Shown: in pieces, positions 39,010 through 48,368 of the stretch
Layout: each line of letters starts with the position of its first letter
How positions within the stretch are numbered: position 1 is the first letter of the stretch
Origin: an uncultured Woeseia sp.
GTDB lineage: Bacteria; Pseudomonadota; Gammaproteobacteria; Steroidobacterales; UBA11654
Length of the DNA stretch: 52,472 nt
Reading direction: 5' to 3'
NCBI GenBank assembly: GCA_964416745.1
Contig: CAYQEV010000004.1
Coordinates: forward strand, 1-52,472
The notes under the pieces: generated by a model
Seen by the model: only the letters and a program-made list of their open reading frames with translations
The model's database searches: none
What the model was told of the DNA's origin: nothing
Translations under genes and position numbers: made by a program

Positions 39010-41868
39010 TTAAGTATTGATGATTAGTCCAAGTTGATTTATTTCTTTTTCTCTATTTTTTTGCCATTTAGATCGATGATTTGCAGGTTCAATCTCTACA
39101 GCTGTAACTTTATACTCTGGACAATTAGTAGCCCAATCACTGTTTTCTGTTGTTACGACATTAGCACCAGTTTCTGGATTATGAAACGTAGTATACACAA
39201 CCCCTGCTGGTATTTTTTCTGTAACAATTGCTTTTAATGTCGTTTCTCCTTTTCTGCTTCTAAGAAGAACTAATGAATCATTATTGATACCTCTGGTAGA
39301 TGCATCGGCTGGATGTATTTCCAACACATCTTCATTAGACCATAGATTATTATGTGTTCTTCTGGTTTGTGTTCCCACATTATATTGGACGAGATTTCTC
39401 CCAGTTGTGAGTAACAATGGATATTTTCGGTTAGCGACTTCAGTAGTGGGCACATAGTCAGTGATCATAAATTGCCCCTTACCTCGAACAAACTCATCGA
39501 CATGCATTATTGGAGTTCCTAGCGGTGCTGACTCATTGCAAGGCCACTGAACACTTCCAACTTCGTCTAATTTTTTGAATGACACACCAGTAAAAGTTGG
39601 CGTTAGTTCAGCGATCTCTTCTAAAATTTCTTCAGAAGACTTGAAGTTCATTTCATAACCCATAGCACTAGCCAATTCTTGTGTGATTTCCCATTCATGT
39701 TTTCCTGTAATTGGTTTCATTACAGGCCTAACTCTATTAATTCTCCTTTCAGCATTAGTAAATGTGCCATTTTTTTCTAAAAAAGAAGTTGCTGGCAAGA
39801 AGACATGAGCAAAATTTGCAGTTTCAGTCAAAAATAAATCCTGAATAACAACGCATTCCATAGATCGAAAGGCTTCTTCTATATGCTGAGTATTCGGTTC
39901 AGACTGAACAAAATCTTCACCCTGTATATATATACCTTTAAATTCACCACCAACAGCTGCATCAAACATATTTACAGATCTTAATCCTGGTTCTTTTTGT
40001 ATTTTAACATTCCATTTATTTTCAAAGACTGACCTTGCATCATCATCTGTAATGGGACGATAACCAGGGAGTTCATGTGGAAAAGAACCCATATCACATG
40101 AGCCTTGGACATTGTTTTGACCTCTCAAAGGGTTCACTCCAGCTCCAATATAACCAACATTACCGGTTGCCATAGCTAGATTTGCCATTCCCATTACCAT
40201 TGTTGAGCCTTGTGAATGTTCTGTAACACCTAAACCGTAATAGATGGCACTTCTATCACCTGAAGCATAAAGGCGTGCTGCTTTCCTAATAATATCCGCT
40301 TCAACGCCAGTTGGTTTTTCTGCAGCTTCAGGAGAATTTGAGTCATCTTTTATGAATTCAATCCAATCATTGAATGCTGATTCTTCGCATCTGCTTTTAA
40401 TATAGTCATGATCAATTAAGTTTTCATGAACAGCCACATGAGAAAATGCATTAATAAATGGAACATTGGAGCCTGGTAAGATTGGCAGATGAAAGTCTGC
40501 TTTTATATGAGGTGACTCTACGATGTCTGTTTTTCTTGGATCTACTACAATTAATTTAGCGCCTTCTCGTATTCTTCTTTTCATTTGTGATGCAAAAACA
40601 GGATGCCCTACTGTAGGGTTTGCACCAATAATCATTATGACATCAGCGTTTTCTACACTCTCAAAATTTTGCGTTCCAGCAGATGTTCCAAATGTTTGTT
40701 TTAAACCATAGCCTGTGGGTGAGTGACAAACTCTTGCACAAGTATCTACATTATTATTCCTGAATGCAGTTCTTATTAGCTTTTGAACAATATAAGCTTC
40801 TTCATTGGTGGTTCTAGCAGAAGTAATTCCACCAATAGAGTCAATACCATGTTGATTTTGGATATCTTTAAAACGTTTCGCAGTAAATTGAATGGCTTCA
40901 TCCCAATCCACTTCTTTCCAATGATCTGTGATCTTATTTCGAATCAGTGGTTTAGTGATTCTGTCTTGATGTTTTGCATAACCCCAGGCAAACCTACCTT
41001 TGATACAACTGTGTCCTTTGTTGGCTTTTCCATCTTTGTATGGAACCATTCTGACTACATCATTATTTTTTACTTCAGCTTTGAATGAGCACCCAACACC
41101 ACAATAAGCACATGTTGTTAAAACTGTTTCATTGGGCATGCCTTTTTCGACCACCGATTTTTCTATTAAGCTACCTGTCGGACAGGCTTGCACACAAGCT
41201 CCGCATGAAACGCATTCAGAATCAAAGAAGTTTTCTGAAACACCAGGTTTAATTTTTGATTCAAACCCCCTTGATTCTACAGACAAAGCAAAAGTACCTT
41301 GAACTTCATTGCAGGCTCTAACGCAACGAGAGCAAACAATGCATTTGTCAGGGTCAAAGTTAAAATAAGGGTTAGAAGCATCAACTTCAGTTCCTAGATG
41401 GTTACAACTATCTTCTGAGCTATATTTGGAAGGCACTAATTGATTGTTCTCTAATAGATGATAGTTGTCTGCTTGAGTTTGAAGATCACAATCACCATCA
41501 GCTGAGCATGTATTACAATCCAGTGGATGATCTGATGTGTACATTTCTAATAAATCTTTTCTCAAAGAGTCTAAATGATGGTTCTTGGTTATGACTTTCA
41601 TTCCATTATTGAGTGGTGATGTACAAGAAGAAGGATAGCCAAAACCTTTTCTACCTTCGAAATCAACAATACAAAGTCGGCAAGAGCCAAATGCATCAAT
41701 ATTGTCTGATGCACATAAACTCGGTATATCGACACCAACCATTGAAGCAGCTCTCATAATAGATGTACCTTCAGGAACTGATATTTCAATACCATCTATA
41801 TAGCCGGTTACAGTATTGTCTGAAGTTACTTTTGGTGTACCGTAATTTTTTTCTTTTAATAAAGTCAT
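39010..41868 (-). CDS. fdsA: NAD-dependent formate dehydrogenase alpha subunit (Mo-bisPGD, Cys type)
   Basis: 952 aa. NuoG-like N-terminus with 2Fe-2S and 4Fe-4S cysteine clusters, CAYCGVGC, and a molybdopterin domain with the active-site CARVCHSPTG (Cys381 is TGT at 40728-40726). Confidence 0.88.
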   Translation of the reverse strand: MTLLKEKNYGTPKVTSDNTVTGYIDGIEISVPEGTSIMRAASMVGVDIPSLCASDNIDAFGSCRLCIVDFEGRKGFGYPSSCTSPLNNGMKVITKNHHLDSLRKDLLEMYTSDHPLDCNTCSADGDCDLQTQADNYHLLENNQLVPSKYSSEDSCNHLGTEVDASNPYFNFDPDKCIVCSRCVRACNEVQGTFALSVESRGFESKIKPGVSENFFDSECVSCGACVQACPTGSLIEKSVVEKGMPNETVLTTCAYCGVGCSFKAEVKNNDVVRMVPYKDGKANKGHSCIKGRFAWGYAKHQDRITKPLIRNKITDHWKEVDWDEAIQFTAKRFKDIQNQHGIDSIGGITSARTTNEEAYIVQKLIRTAFRNNNVDTCARVCHSPTGYGLKQTFGTSAGTQNFESVENADVIMIIGANPTVGHPVFASQMKRRIREGAKLIVVDPRKTDIVESPHIKADFHLPILPGSNVPFINAFSHVAVHENLIDHDYIKSRCEESAFNDWIEFIKDDSNSPEAAEKPTGVEADIIRKAARLYASGDRSAIYYGLGVTEHSQGSTMVMGMANLAMATGNVGYIGAGVNPLRGQNNVQGSCDMGSFPHELPGYRPITDDDARSVFENKWNVKIQKEPGLRSVNMFDAAVGGEFKGIYIQGEDFVQSEPNTQHIEEAFRSMECVVIQDLFLTETANFAHVFLPATSFLEKNGTFTNAERRINRVRPVMKPITGKHEWEITQELASAMGYEMNFKSSEEILEEIAELTPTFTGVSFKKLDEVGSVQWPCNESAPLGTPIMHVDEFVRGKGQFMITDYVPTTEVANRKYPLLLTTGRNLVQYNVGTQTRRTHNNLWSNEDVLEIHPADASTRGINNDSLVLLRSRKGETTLKAIVTEKIPAGVVYTTFHNPETGANVVTTENSDWATNCPEYKVTAVEIEPANHRSKWQKNREKEINQLGLIINT

Positions 41869-43397
41869 TTTTCAATCAATTCGTTTGGAAAGAATTCAAT
41901 TATAGAATGAATTGGGTTGGGCGTCATTCCTCCCATTGCACATAAAGAAGTCGCTTCCAGAGTTTCACACAAGTCATGGAGTAGAGCCGCATCATCTTTT
42001 GATGTTTTATTTTTTTGTAATCGTTCAATAATTTCAACCCCTCTAACTGATCCGATTCTACAAGGTGTGCATTTACCGCAGGATTCTTTTACACAAAATT
42101 CCATAGCAAATTTTGCTTGTTCAGCCATATCTACAGAATCATCAAATACGATAATACCACCATGACCTACAGATCCTTTGAGTTCTTGAAGTGATTCAAT
42201 AGTTAATGATGTATCCAGCATACTGGATGATAAATAAATTCCTAAAGGACCACCAATTTGTATAGCATGAATTGGCTCACCTGATTTTGTTCCGTAACCA
42301 AAATCTTTAACTATCTCATTGAGTGATATATCAAATCTAGTTTCAATAAGACCACCATGATTAATATTACCACTCAATTGAAAGGGCATAGTTCCGATTG
42401 ATTTATTTGATCCAATTTGTGAGAAATCCGATTGATCATCCAATAAAAGCGCCGGGATAGTAGCCAGAGTCACGACATTATTTATTAGTGTGGGTTTTCC
42501 AAATAGACCATTGATAGCTGGTAAGGGTGGTTTAGATCGAACCAAGCCCCTTCGACCTTCGATGCTTTCCATCATGGCAGTTTCTTCGCCACAAACGTAA
42601 GAGCCAGCTCCAATTCTTAATTCAATATCAAAGTTAAAATCAGAGTTTTGTATATTATTTCCCAGATAATTATTATCCAATGCTATATCTATAGCTCGAA
42701 TCAGAAAGTCTTTTGCCAATGGGTATTCTGACCTTAAATATATATAGCCCTTTGAAGCACCCACTGCATAGGCTGCTATAACCATGCCTTCGATCAAAGC
42801 AAAAGGATCTGATTCCATAATCAATCGATCTGAGAAGGTTCCACCATCACCTTCATCTGCATTACATGCCAGGTATTTAACCGAACTGTCTTGATCAAAA
42901 ACGGTTTGCATTTTAATTCCAGTTGGGAAAGCCGCCCCTCCTCGTCCAGTAAGACCAGATTCTTTGATTCGATTGATTGTTTTCTGAGGACCAATTTCTA
43001 GGGCTGTTAGTAAAGATTGATAGCCTTTAGAGTTTTTATAATATTCAATATTTAAAGGATCGTCATGACCTATTCTAGAAAAGACAATCCTGTGTTGTTT
43101 TTTTATAAAATCAATTTCATTAATATCAAAAGGATTTCTTGTTTCAAAATCTAAAAAGAATTCTTCAATCGTATTCAGGTCGGATAACTCTTCATTTCTA
43201 TAACTGGCCCCCCTTCTTATTCCATCTGTTTCTATCTCAATAAACGGTTCAAGCCAAAATGCTCCCCAAGATCCATTTCTAATGATTTCTATATGGTCAT
43301 CATTAATTAGCTTACTGATAACTTGATACATTGAGTTTGCACCAACAGAGTTTGCTGTAGTTTCATTTGGAATGAAAATTTTAATACTGTTTTTCAT
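41865..43397 (-). CDS. fdsB: formate dehydrogenase beta subunit (NuoF-like, NAD/FMN-binding)
   Basis: 510 aa. GLTGRGGAAFPTG FMN/NADH motif, C-terminal 4Fe-4S motif (ESCGKCTPCR) and 4-nt overlaps with both neighbouring genes. Confidence 0.88.
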   Translation of the reverse strand: MKNSIKIFIPNETTANSVGANSMYQVISKLINDDHIEIIRNGSWGAFWLEPFIEIETDGIRRGASYRNEELSDLNTIEEFFLDFETRNPFDINEIDFIKKQHRIVFSRIGHDDPLNIEYYKNSKGYQSLLTALEIGPQKTINRIKESGLTGRGGAAFPTGIKMQTVFDQDSSVKYLACNADEGDGGTFSDRLIMESDPFALIEGMVIAAYAVGASKGYIYLRSEYPLAKDFLIRAIDIALDNNYLGNNIQNSDFNFDIELRIGAGSYVCGEETAMMESIEGRRGLVRSKPPLPAINGLFGKPTLINNVVTLATIPALLLDDQSDFSQIGSNKSIGTMPFQLSGNINHGGLIETRFDISLNEIVKDFGYGTKSGEPIHAIQIGGPLGIYLSSSMLDTSLTIESLQELKGSVGHGGIIVFDDSVDMAEQAKFAMEFCVKESCGKCTPCRIGSVRGVEIIERLQKNKTSKDDAALLHDLCETLEATSLCAMGGMTPNPIHSIIEFFPNELIEK

Positions 43398-43855
43398 ATT
43401 TTCTGTACATCATCATTTTTTAAGTGATCGATTATTTTTTCAGCTGTTGCTTCGCCTATGACCGTATCATTAATCATTACTGAAGGGCCTATTGCACAAT
43501 TACCCAAACAAAAAACCTCTTTTAACGTAATCATTGAATCATCACTAGTTTCATCGATCTCAAGACCAAAATACGAGGTAAGATCGCCGAGTAACTGTTT
43601 ACAATTCTGGCTTTGACATGCTTCAGCTTGACAGATTTTAATTATATTTTTACCGATAGGGGCTAATCTAAAATCATCATAGAACGTTATCACATCTATT
43701 ACTTCAGCTTGAGAGTAATTAAAAGCAATGGCTAATTCCGCAATATCATCTTTACTGATAAATCCCAAATGTTCTTGAAGAGCATGTAATGCAGGCATCA
43801 GGCCGCCTTTTTCTTTAATAAAGGGCTTAATAATATTTCTAGAATTTATTGACAT
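43394..43855 (-). CDS. fdsG: formate dehydrogenase gamma subunit (NuoE-like 2Fe-2S)
   Basis: 153 aa thioredoxin-like 2Fe-2S ferredoxin (C....C...CLGNC pattern). Confidence 0.85.
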   Translation of the reverse strand: MSINSRNIIKPFIKEKGGLMPALHALQEHLGFISKDDIAELAIAFNYSQAEVIDVITFYDDFRLAPIGKNIIKICQAEACQSQNCKQLLGDLTSYFGLEIDETSDDSMITLKEVFCLGNCAIGPSVMINDTVIGEATAEKIIDHLKNDDVQKI

Positions 43856-43878
43856 AATTTTAAGTAATTATTTATAAA

Positions 43879-44172
43879 TTATTCTTTCCAGTCTTCAAAT
43901 CCACCGTCAACACTGTATGCATTTTCAAACCCCTGTGTTGATAAATAGTGTGCAAGCTTTTGACTTGAGATGCCTTTATAGCAATAAATAATGGTAGGCC
44001 TATTTTTTTTCGAGTTTTTAATAAAATCATCAATATTTTCATCACTTAAATTTAATGCACCGTCAACATGTGAAATTGAAAAACTTTCCTTATCTCTAAT
44101 ATCAATTAGATAGTTATCTGCTCTAAGCAGTTCTTTGGCCTCCTCAACTGAAATGTTCTTAAACTTATTCAT
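43879..44172 (-). CDS. rhodanese-like sulfurtransferase (GlpE-like single domain)
   Basis: About 97 aa. MNKFKNISVEEAKELL..YLIDIRD aligns with the GlpE N-terminus, and the active-site loop is CYKGISS. I prefer the ATG at 44172 to the ORF-track start at 44205, which adds a hydrophobic non-homologous extension. Confidence 0.8.
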   Translation of the reverse strand: MNKFKNISVEEAKELLRADNYLIDIRDKESFSISHVDGALNLSDENIDDFIKNSKKNRPTIIYCYKGISSQKLAHYLSTQGFENAYSVDGGFEDWKE

Positions 44173-44247
44173 ATAAATAAATGATAAATATAATATTAGG
44201 GACATTATAATTACTAAGTTAAATTATGACATCAGAAAGATGACTTT

Positions 44248-45420
44248 ATGAAATACGATATAATTATTATAGGCTCAGGACCTGTGGGTCTTTCTTTAGC
44301 TAAAGCTTTGTCATTATTGGATCTAAGGATATGTATTGTTGACCAACAGACCGAAGCCATACTTTCTTCACCACTTGATGATGGCCGTGAGGTTGCTATA
44401 ACTCATCTCTCAAAGAAAATACTAAGCGAACTAGGCTCTTGGCAGTTAATTGATGACAAATTCATTTCCTTAATAAAAGAAGCAAAAGTGTTGAATGGTT
44501 TGTCACCCTACTCGCTTCATTTTAGTCATCAAGAAACTGATCAAGCAACATTAGGCCATTTAATTCCTAATCGATTGATAAAAGCAGCAGCTTACAAAGT
44601 CATACAGAATCTTAAGAATATTCACTGTATGACAGAAACCAAAGTTAAAGAATTTAGTATTAATGACACGGGGACTCTTGTCACACTGGACAATGGTGAA
44701 ACAATAGATTCTGACATGATTATTGCTGCAGATGGAAGATTATCGGGCTCCAGAAGACAAATGGGTATACCTGCTGAAGTTAAAGATTTTGGCAAGACGG
44801 TTATAGTCTGCAAAATGAAACATGACAAACCTCATAATAATACTGCTTATGAATGTTTTCATTATGGAAGAACTCTGGCCGTATTACCCATGGCTGGGGA
44901 TTATTGCTCAGTGGTTATTACAATCAGCTCTGATAAAGCCACAGAAATTATGAACATGACAGATGAGAATTTTAATCAAGACATACAGAATCGCTTTAAT
45001 AATCGATTGGGTGATATGACGATATGTGGTGAAAAGTTTTCTTATCCATTGTATGCATCACATGCAGATTATTTCCATTCTGAACGATTTGTTTTAGTTG
45101 GGGATGCAGCTGTTGGCATGCATCCAGTAACTGCTCATGGGTTTAATTTAGGTCTTAGAGGCAGCTATAATCTTGCTAACATTATTAGGACTGCTCTTGA
45201 CAAAAACACACCATACTACTCAAAAGATGTTTTGAAAGAATATAATCAGAAACACCAATTGATTACTCGACCGCTTTATTATGGGACCAATGTGCTTGTT
45301 GATCTTTATAATAGTGATCGAGTCACAGCCAAACTTATACGACGACTTGCACTTAGATTTGGAAATAATTTCTGGCCTGTTAAGAAATTGATCATGGATC
45401 AATTAACTGAAACACATTAG
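44248..45420 (+). CDS. UbiH/UbiF/VisC/COQ6-family FAD-dependent monooxygenase
   Basis: 390 aa. YDIIIIGSGPVGLSLA dinucleotide fold, and DG and GDAAVGMHPVTAHG motifs of class A flavoprotein hydroxylases. Confidence 0.85.
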   Translation: MKYDIIIIGSGPVGLSLAKALSLLDLRICIVDQQTEAILSSPLDDGREVAITHLSKKILSELGSWQLIDDKFISLIKEAKVLNGLSPYSLHFSHQETDQATLGHLIPNRLIKAAAYKVIQNLKNIHCMTETKVKEFSINDTGTLVTLDNGETIDSDMIIAADGRLSGSRRQMGIPAEVKDFGKTVIVCKMKHDKPHNNTAYECFHYGRTLAVLPMAGDYCSVVITISSDKATEIMNMTDENFNQDIQNRFNNRLGDMTICGEKFSYPLYASHADYFHSERFVLVGDAAVGMHPVTAHGFNLGLRGSYNLANIIRTALDKNTPYYSKDVLKEYNQKHQLITRPLYYGTNVLVDLYNSDRVTAKLIRRLALRFGNNFWPVKKLIMDQLTETH

Positions 45421-45441
45421 CTTTATATCCCTGAATATTCA

Positions 45442-46284
45442 ATGAATCAGAGTAAATACAATATTAATCATCAGTTTGCTGATCCAAACTCTCCTGAGAA
45501 TAATCTAGAGTCTGCCGCAACAATTATATTAATTAGAGATGTAAGTAATGTTGCTGAAGTATTCATGATTAAAAGAGCCACCAAATCTAATTTTGGAGGA
45601 GCATGGGTTTTCCCTGGGGGAAAAGTTGATAATGACGACTTAAAACATAATATTTTAGATTATTGTCAGGGTTTAGATGATAAGGAGGCATCGAGTATAT
45701 TGAGTCTCAATGAAGGGGGATTAAGTTATTGGGTCGCATGCATCAGAGAATGCTTTGAAGAATGTGGGGTCTTATTAGCTTATAGAGAGAATGGACATTT
45801 ATTTAAACCCAGTTTGGATGAAACAATCATATTAAATGATTTAAGACGGCAGCTAAATAATGGAAGCCTAGTTTTTATAGAAATACTAAAAAAATTAAAT
45901 TTACGACTAGCTGTAGATAGAATTCTTTATTTGTCTCATTGGGTTACTCCAAAAATTGAAAGTCGTAGATACAGCACAAGATTCTTTATTACCAGCATAC
46001 CTAATGACCAAGAAACAATGCATGACGGTTATGAAGCTGTCGACAGTTTATGGATTAAAATTGAAAAAGCACTGAATGACTATAAACGAGGTACTTTTCC
46101 AATCATTATGCCGACCATAAAAAATTTAGAAGCAATAGCAGGTTATCCGTCAACTTTATCGATATTAGAAGACAAGGAATCTATACTGCCAAGTGATATC
46201 CTTACTATTGAGCCGAAGTTTTTTTTCGAAGAAGGTAAACTTGTCGGCTTGTTACCTGGAGATACCGGTTATGAAGACCACTAG
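45442..46284 (+). CDS. NUDIX hydrolase family protein
   Basis: 280 aa with a Nudix-box-like sequence: FPGGKVDNDD...ACIRECFEECGV. Confidence 0.7.
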   Translation: MNQSKYNINHQFADPNSPENNLESAATIILIRDVSNVAEVFMIKRATKSNFGGAWVFPGGKVDNDDLKHNILDYCQGLDDKEASSILSLNEGGLSYWVACIRECFEECGVLLAYRENGHLFKPSLDETIILNDLRRQLNNGSLVFIEILKKLNLRLAVDRILYLSHWVTPKIESRRYSTRFFITSIPNDQETMHDGYEAVDSLWIKIEKALNDYKRGTFPIIMPTIKNLEAIAGYPSTLSILEDKESILPSDILTIEPKFFFEEGKLVGLLPGDTGYEDH

Positions 46285-47086
46285 ATTATCACCCATAGTC
46301 AGACGCATCACTGCCAACAATTCTAATATGTTTACTGGTCCAGGGACTAATTCTTACCTCCTGGGCGATCAAGAAATATCAATTATTGACCCTGGACCGC
46401 CACTGATTGATCATATTGATGATCTTATTTCCATTTCTGGAAATTATCTAAAGCAAATTATAATTACACACACGCACCCTGATCATTCACCTGGTGCTAG
46501 CATTTTGAAAGAGAAACTAGGTATTCCTATATTAGGATTGACTACTGCATCGTCTCTAGAAAGAGATGACCCTATTGATATCGACCAAGAAATTTCACAC
46601 GGTGATCTTATTCAGACAAACGAATACACATTAGAGGTTATACACACACCTGGCCATGCTTCCAATCACTTGTGTTATTTGCTTCAAGAAGAAAATATTT
46701 TATTTACAGGTGATCACATCATGCAAGGATCAACAGTGGTTATCGCCCCGCCTGATGGAAACATGACTGAATACCTTCATTCACTTAATTTGCTCAGAGA
46801 ATACACCATTAGTAAAATTGCCCCAGGTCACGGGGAACTCATTCACGACCCAATTAAGATTATTGATGCAATCGTAGAGCATAGATTAGGCAGAGAAAAA
46901 AAAGTCCTTGAGAAGCTCAACAAGATTGGTCCAAGCACTATGGATGAACTCGTCATTGAAGTTTATGATGATGTTTCAGCTATGCTTCATCCTATAGCCA
47001 AGTGGTCACTGGAAGCCCATCTCATTAAACTCAATGAGAATAAAAAAGTTACTAAAAATAGACAACTGTACTCTGTAGTAGAATAA
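46271..47086 (+). CDS. MBL-fold metallo-hydrolase
   Basis: HTHPDH zinc motif plus downstream H and D ligands. I prefer the ATG at 46271 (GGAG RBS 9 nt upstream, MKTTRLSPIVRRIT...) to the ORF-track start at 46193, which would overlap the NUDIX gene by 92 nt. Confidence 0.8.
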   Translation: MKTTRLSPIVRRITANNSNMFTGPGTNSYLLGDQEISIIDPGPPLIDHIDDLISISGNYLKQIIITHTHPDHSPGASILKEKLGIPILGLTTASSLERDDPIDIDQEISHGDLIQTNEYTLEVIHTPGHASNHLCYLLQEENILFTGDHIMQGSTVVIAPPDGNMTEYLHSLNLLREYTISKIAPGHGELIHDPIKIIDAIVEHRLGREKKVLEKLNKIGPSTMDELVIEVYDDVSAMLHPIAKWSLEAHLIKLNENKKVTKNRQLYSVVE

Positions 47087-47123
47087 TGTCTTTAATCATA
47101 TGATATCTTTTAAAAACTAAGTT

Positions 47124-48362
47124 ATGGACAGTTCAATATATATTACTTATGCCGTTCCGGTCTTCTTTGCGATGATCGGTATCGAGTTTCTTTTTGGCCT
47201 TATAAAGGGGACAAATAATTATCGATTAAATGATTCCATTGCTGCAATTTCTTTAGGTTTAATCAGTCGACTTCCCCCTCTCTTAAATCTAGGGGTTCAA
47301 GGTATAGTTTGGACTTATGTTGCGACCAACCTCAACATGCAATTAATGCCGAAAGACAGTTGGGTTACATGGGTAATTGCCTTTCTTTTTTATGACCTTT
47401 GTTACTATTGGATGCACAGGATGAGTCATGAAGTAAAGGTTTTGTGGGCCTCACATGTTGTTCATCATCAAGGAGAGGAGTTTAATTTAAGCACTGCATT
47501 AAGACAGACAAGTTCCGGTTGGTTGTGGAAATGGATATTCTATATTCCTTTATTTATGGTGGGTATCCCAGGTGAAGTCTTCTTCACTGTCGCTGCCATC
47601 AATTTACTCTATCAATTTTGGGTTCACACTGAACATATCAGAACATTGGGTATTTTTGAGCAAGTTTTTATAACGCCTTCAAATCACAGGATACATCACG
47701 CACAAAATCCTGAATATATTGATGCAAATTATGGTGGTGTTTTTATTATTTGGGATCGTTTATTTGGAACATTTATTGCTGAAAGAGATGATATAAAAGC
47801 AATATACGGAACAGTAAAACCTCTTAAAAGCTGGAACCCTATTTGGGCAAATTTAGAAATATATCATCAAATGATTAGAGACACTATTCATACGAAATCA
47901 CTTAAAAATAAGATCAAAGTTTGGTTTTCCAGCACCAGATGGAGACCTGAAGATGTTTTTGAAAAATTCCCCCACACATCAAATGATTTAGATAATTTTG
48001 TTAAATTTAACCCTGAGGTGGATAAGGTATCAAAGATTTTTACTACATTGCAATTTGTTATTAATAGCTCTATTTCAACAATAATTATTTTTACAATAAC
48101 TGATCAACCTTATTTGCAAACTCTTTTATTAGCCACAATGCTTATAGTTTCCACTACTCTAGTTACAAACATTATTGAAAATAAGAAATGGGGATACCAA
48201 GCTGAACTCATCAGGTCCCTAATAACTGCATTGATGTTTATATATGGTGTAATTGATCCCAATTTATTGGCTTCAAAAGTTTTCTTTTATCAGTCGTTAT
48301 TCAGTGTTGTTTTTATTGCAATCTTATTACCAATAAATAAACGATATCCACTGACACAATAA
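47124..48362 (+). CDS. fatty acid hydroxylase/sterol desaturase family membrane protein with extra C-terminal membrane domain
   Basis: 412 aa. Di-iron histidine boxes HRMSHE, HVVHH and HRIHH, plus about 130 aa of additional hydrophobic C-terminal sequence. Confidence 0.8.
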   Translation: MDSSIYITYAVPVFFAMIGIEFLFGLIKGTNNYRLNDSIAAISLGLISRLPPLLNLGVQGIVWTYVATNLNMQLMPKDSWVTWVIAFLFYDLCYYWMHRMSHEVKVLWASHVVHHQGEEFNLSTALRQTSSGWLWKWIFYIPLFMVGIPGEVFFTVAAINLLYQFWVHTEHIRTLGIFEQVFITPSNHRIHHAQNPEYIDANYGGVFIIWDRLFGTFIAERDDIKAIYGTVKPLKSWNPIWANLEIYHQMIRDTIHTKSLKNKIKVWFSSTRWRPEDVFEKFPHTSNDLDNFVKFNPEVDKVSKIFTTLQFVINSSISTIIIFTITDQPYLQTLLLATMLIVSTTLVTNIIENKKWGYQAELIRSLITALMFIYGVIDPNLLASKVFFYQSLFSVVFIAILLPINKRYPLTQ

Positions 48363-48368
48363 ATCTTT

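Noticed and set aside
40726-40728. Possible selenocysteine (TGA) recoding at the formate dehydrogenase active site.
   Set aside because: The active-site codon in CARVCHSP is TGT (Cys381) and the ORF is uninterrupted, so this is a Cys-type enzyme that needs no SECIS element.
46193-46270. The 26-codon N-terminal extension of the MBL hydrolase ORF, which overlaps the NUDIX gene by 92 nt.
   Set aside because: The extension is low-complexity (ISLLLSRSFFSKK...) and has no RBS. The internal ATG at 46271 has a GGAG RBS and gives a family-typical N-terminus.
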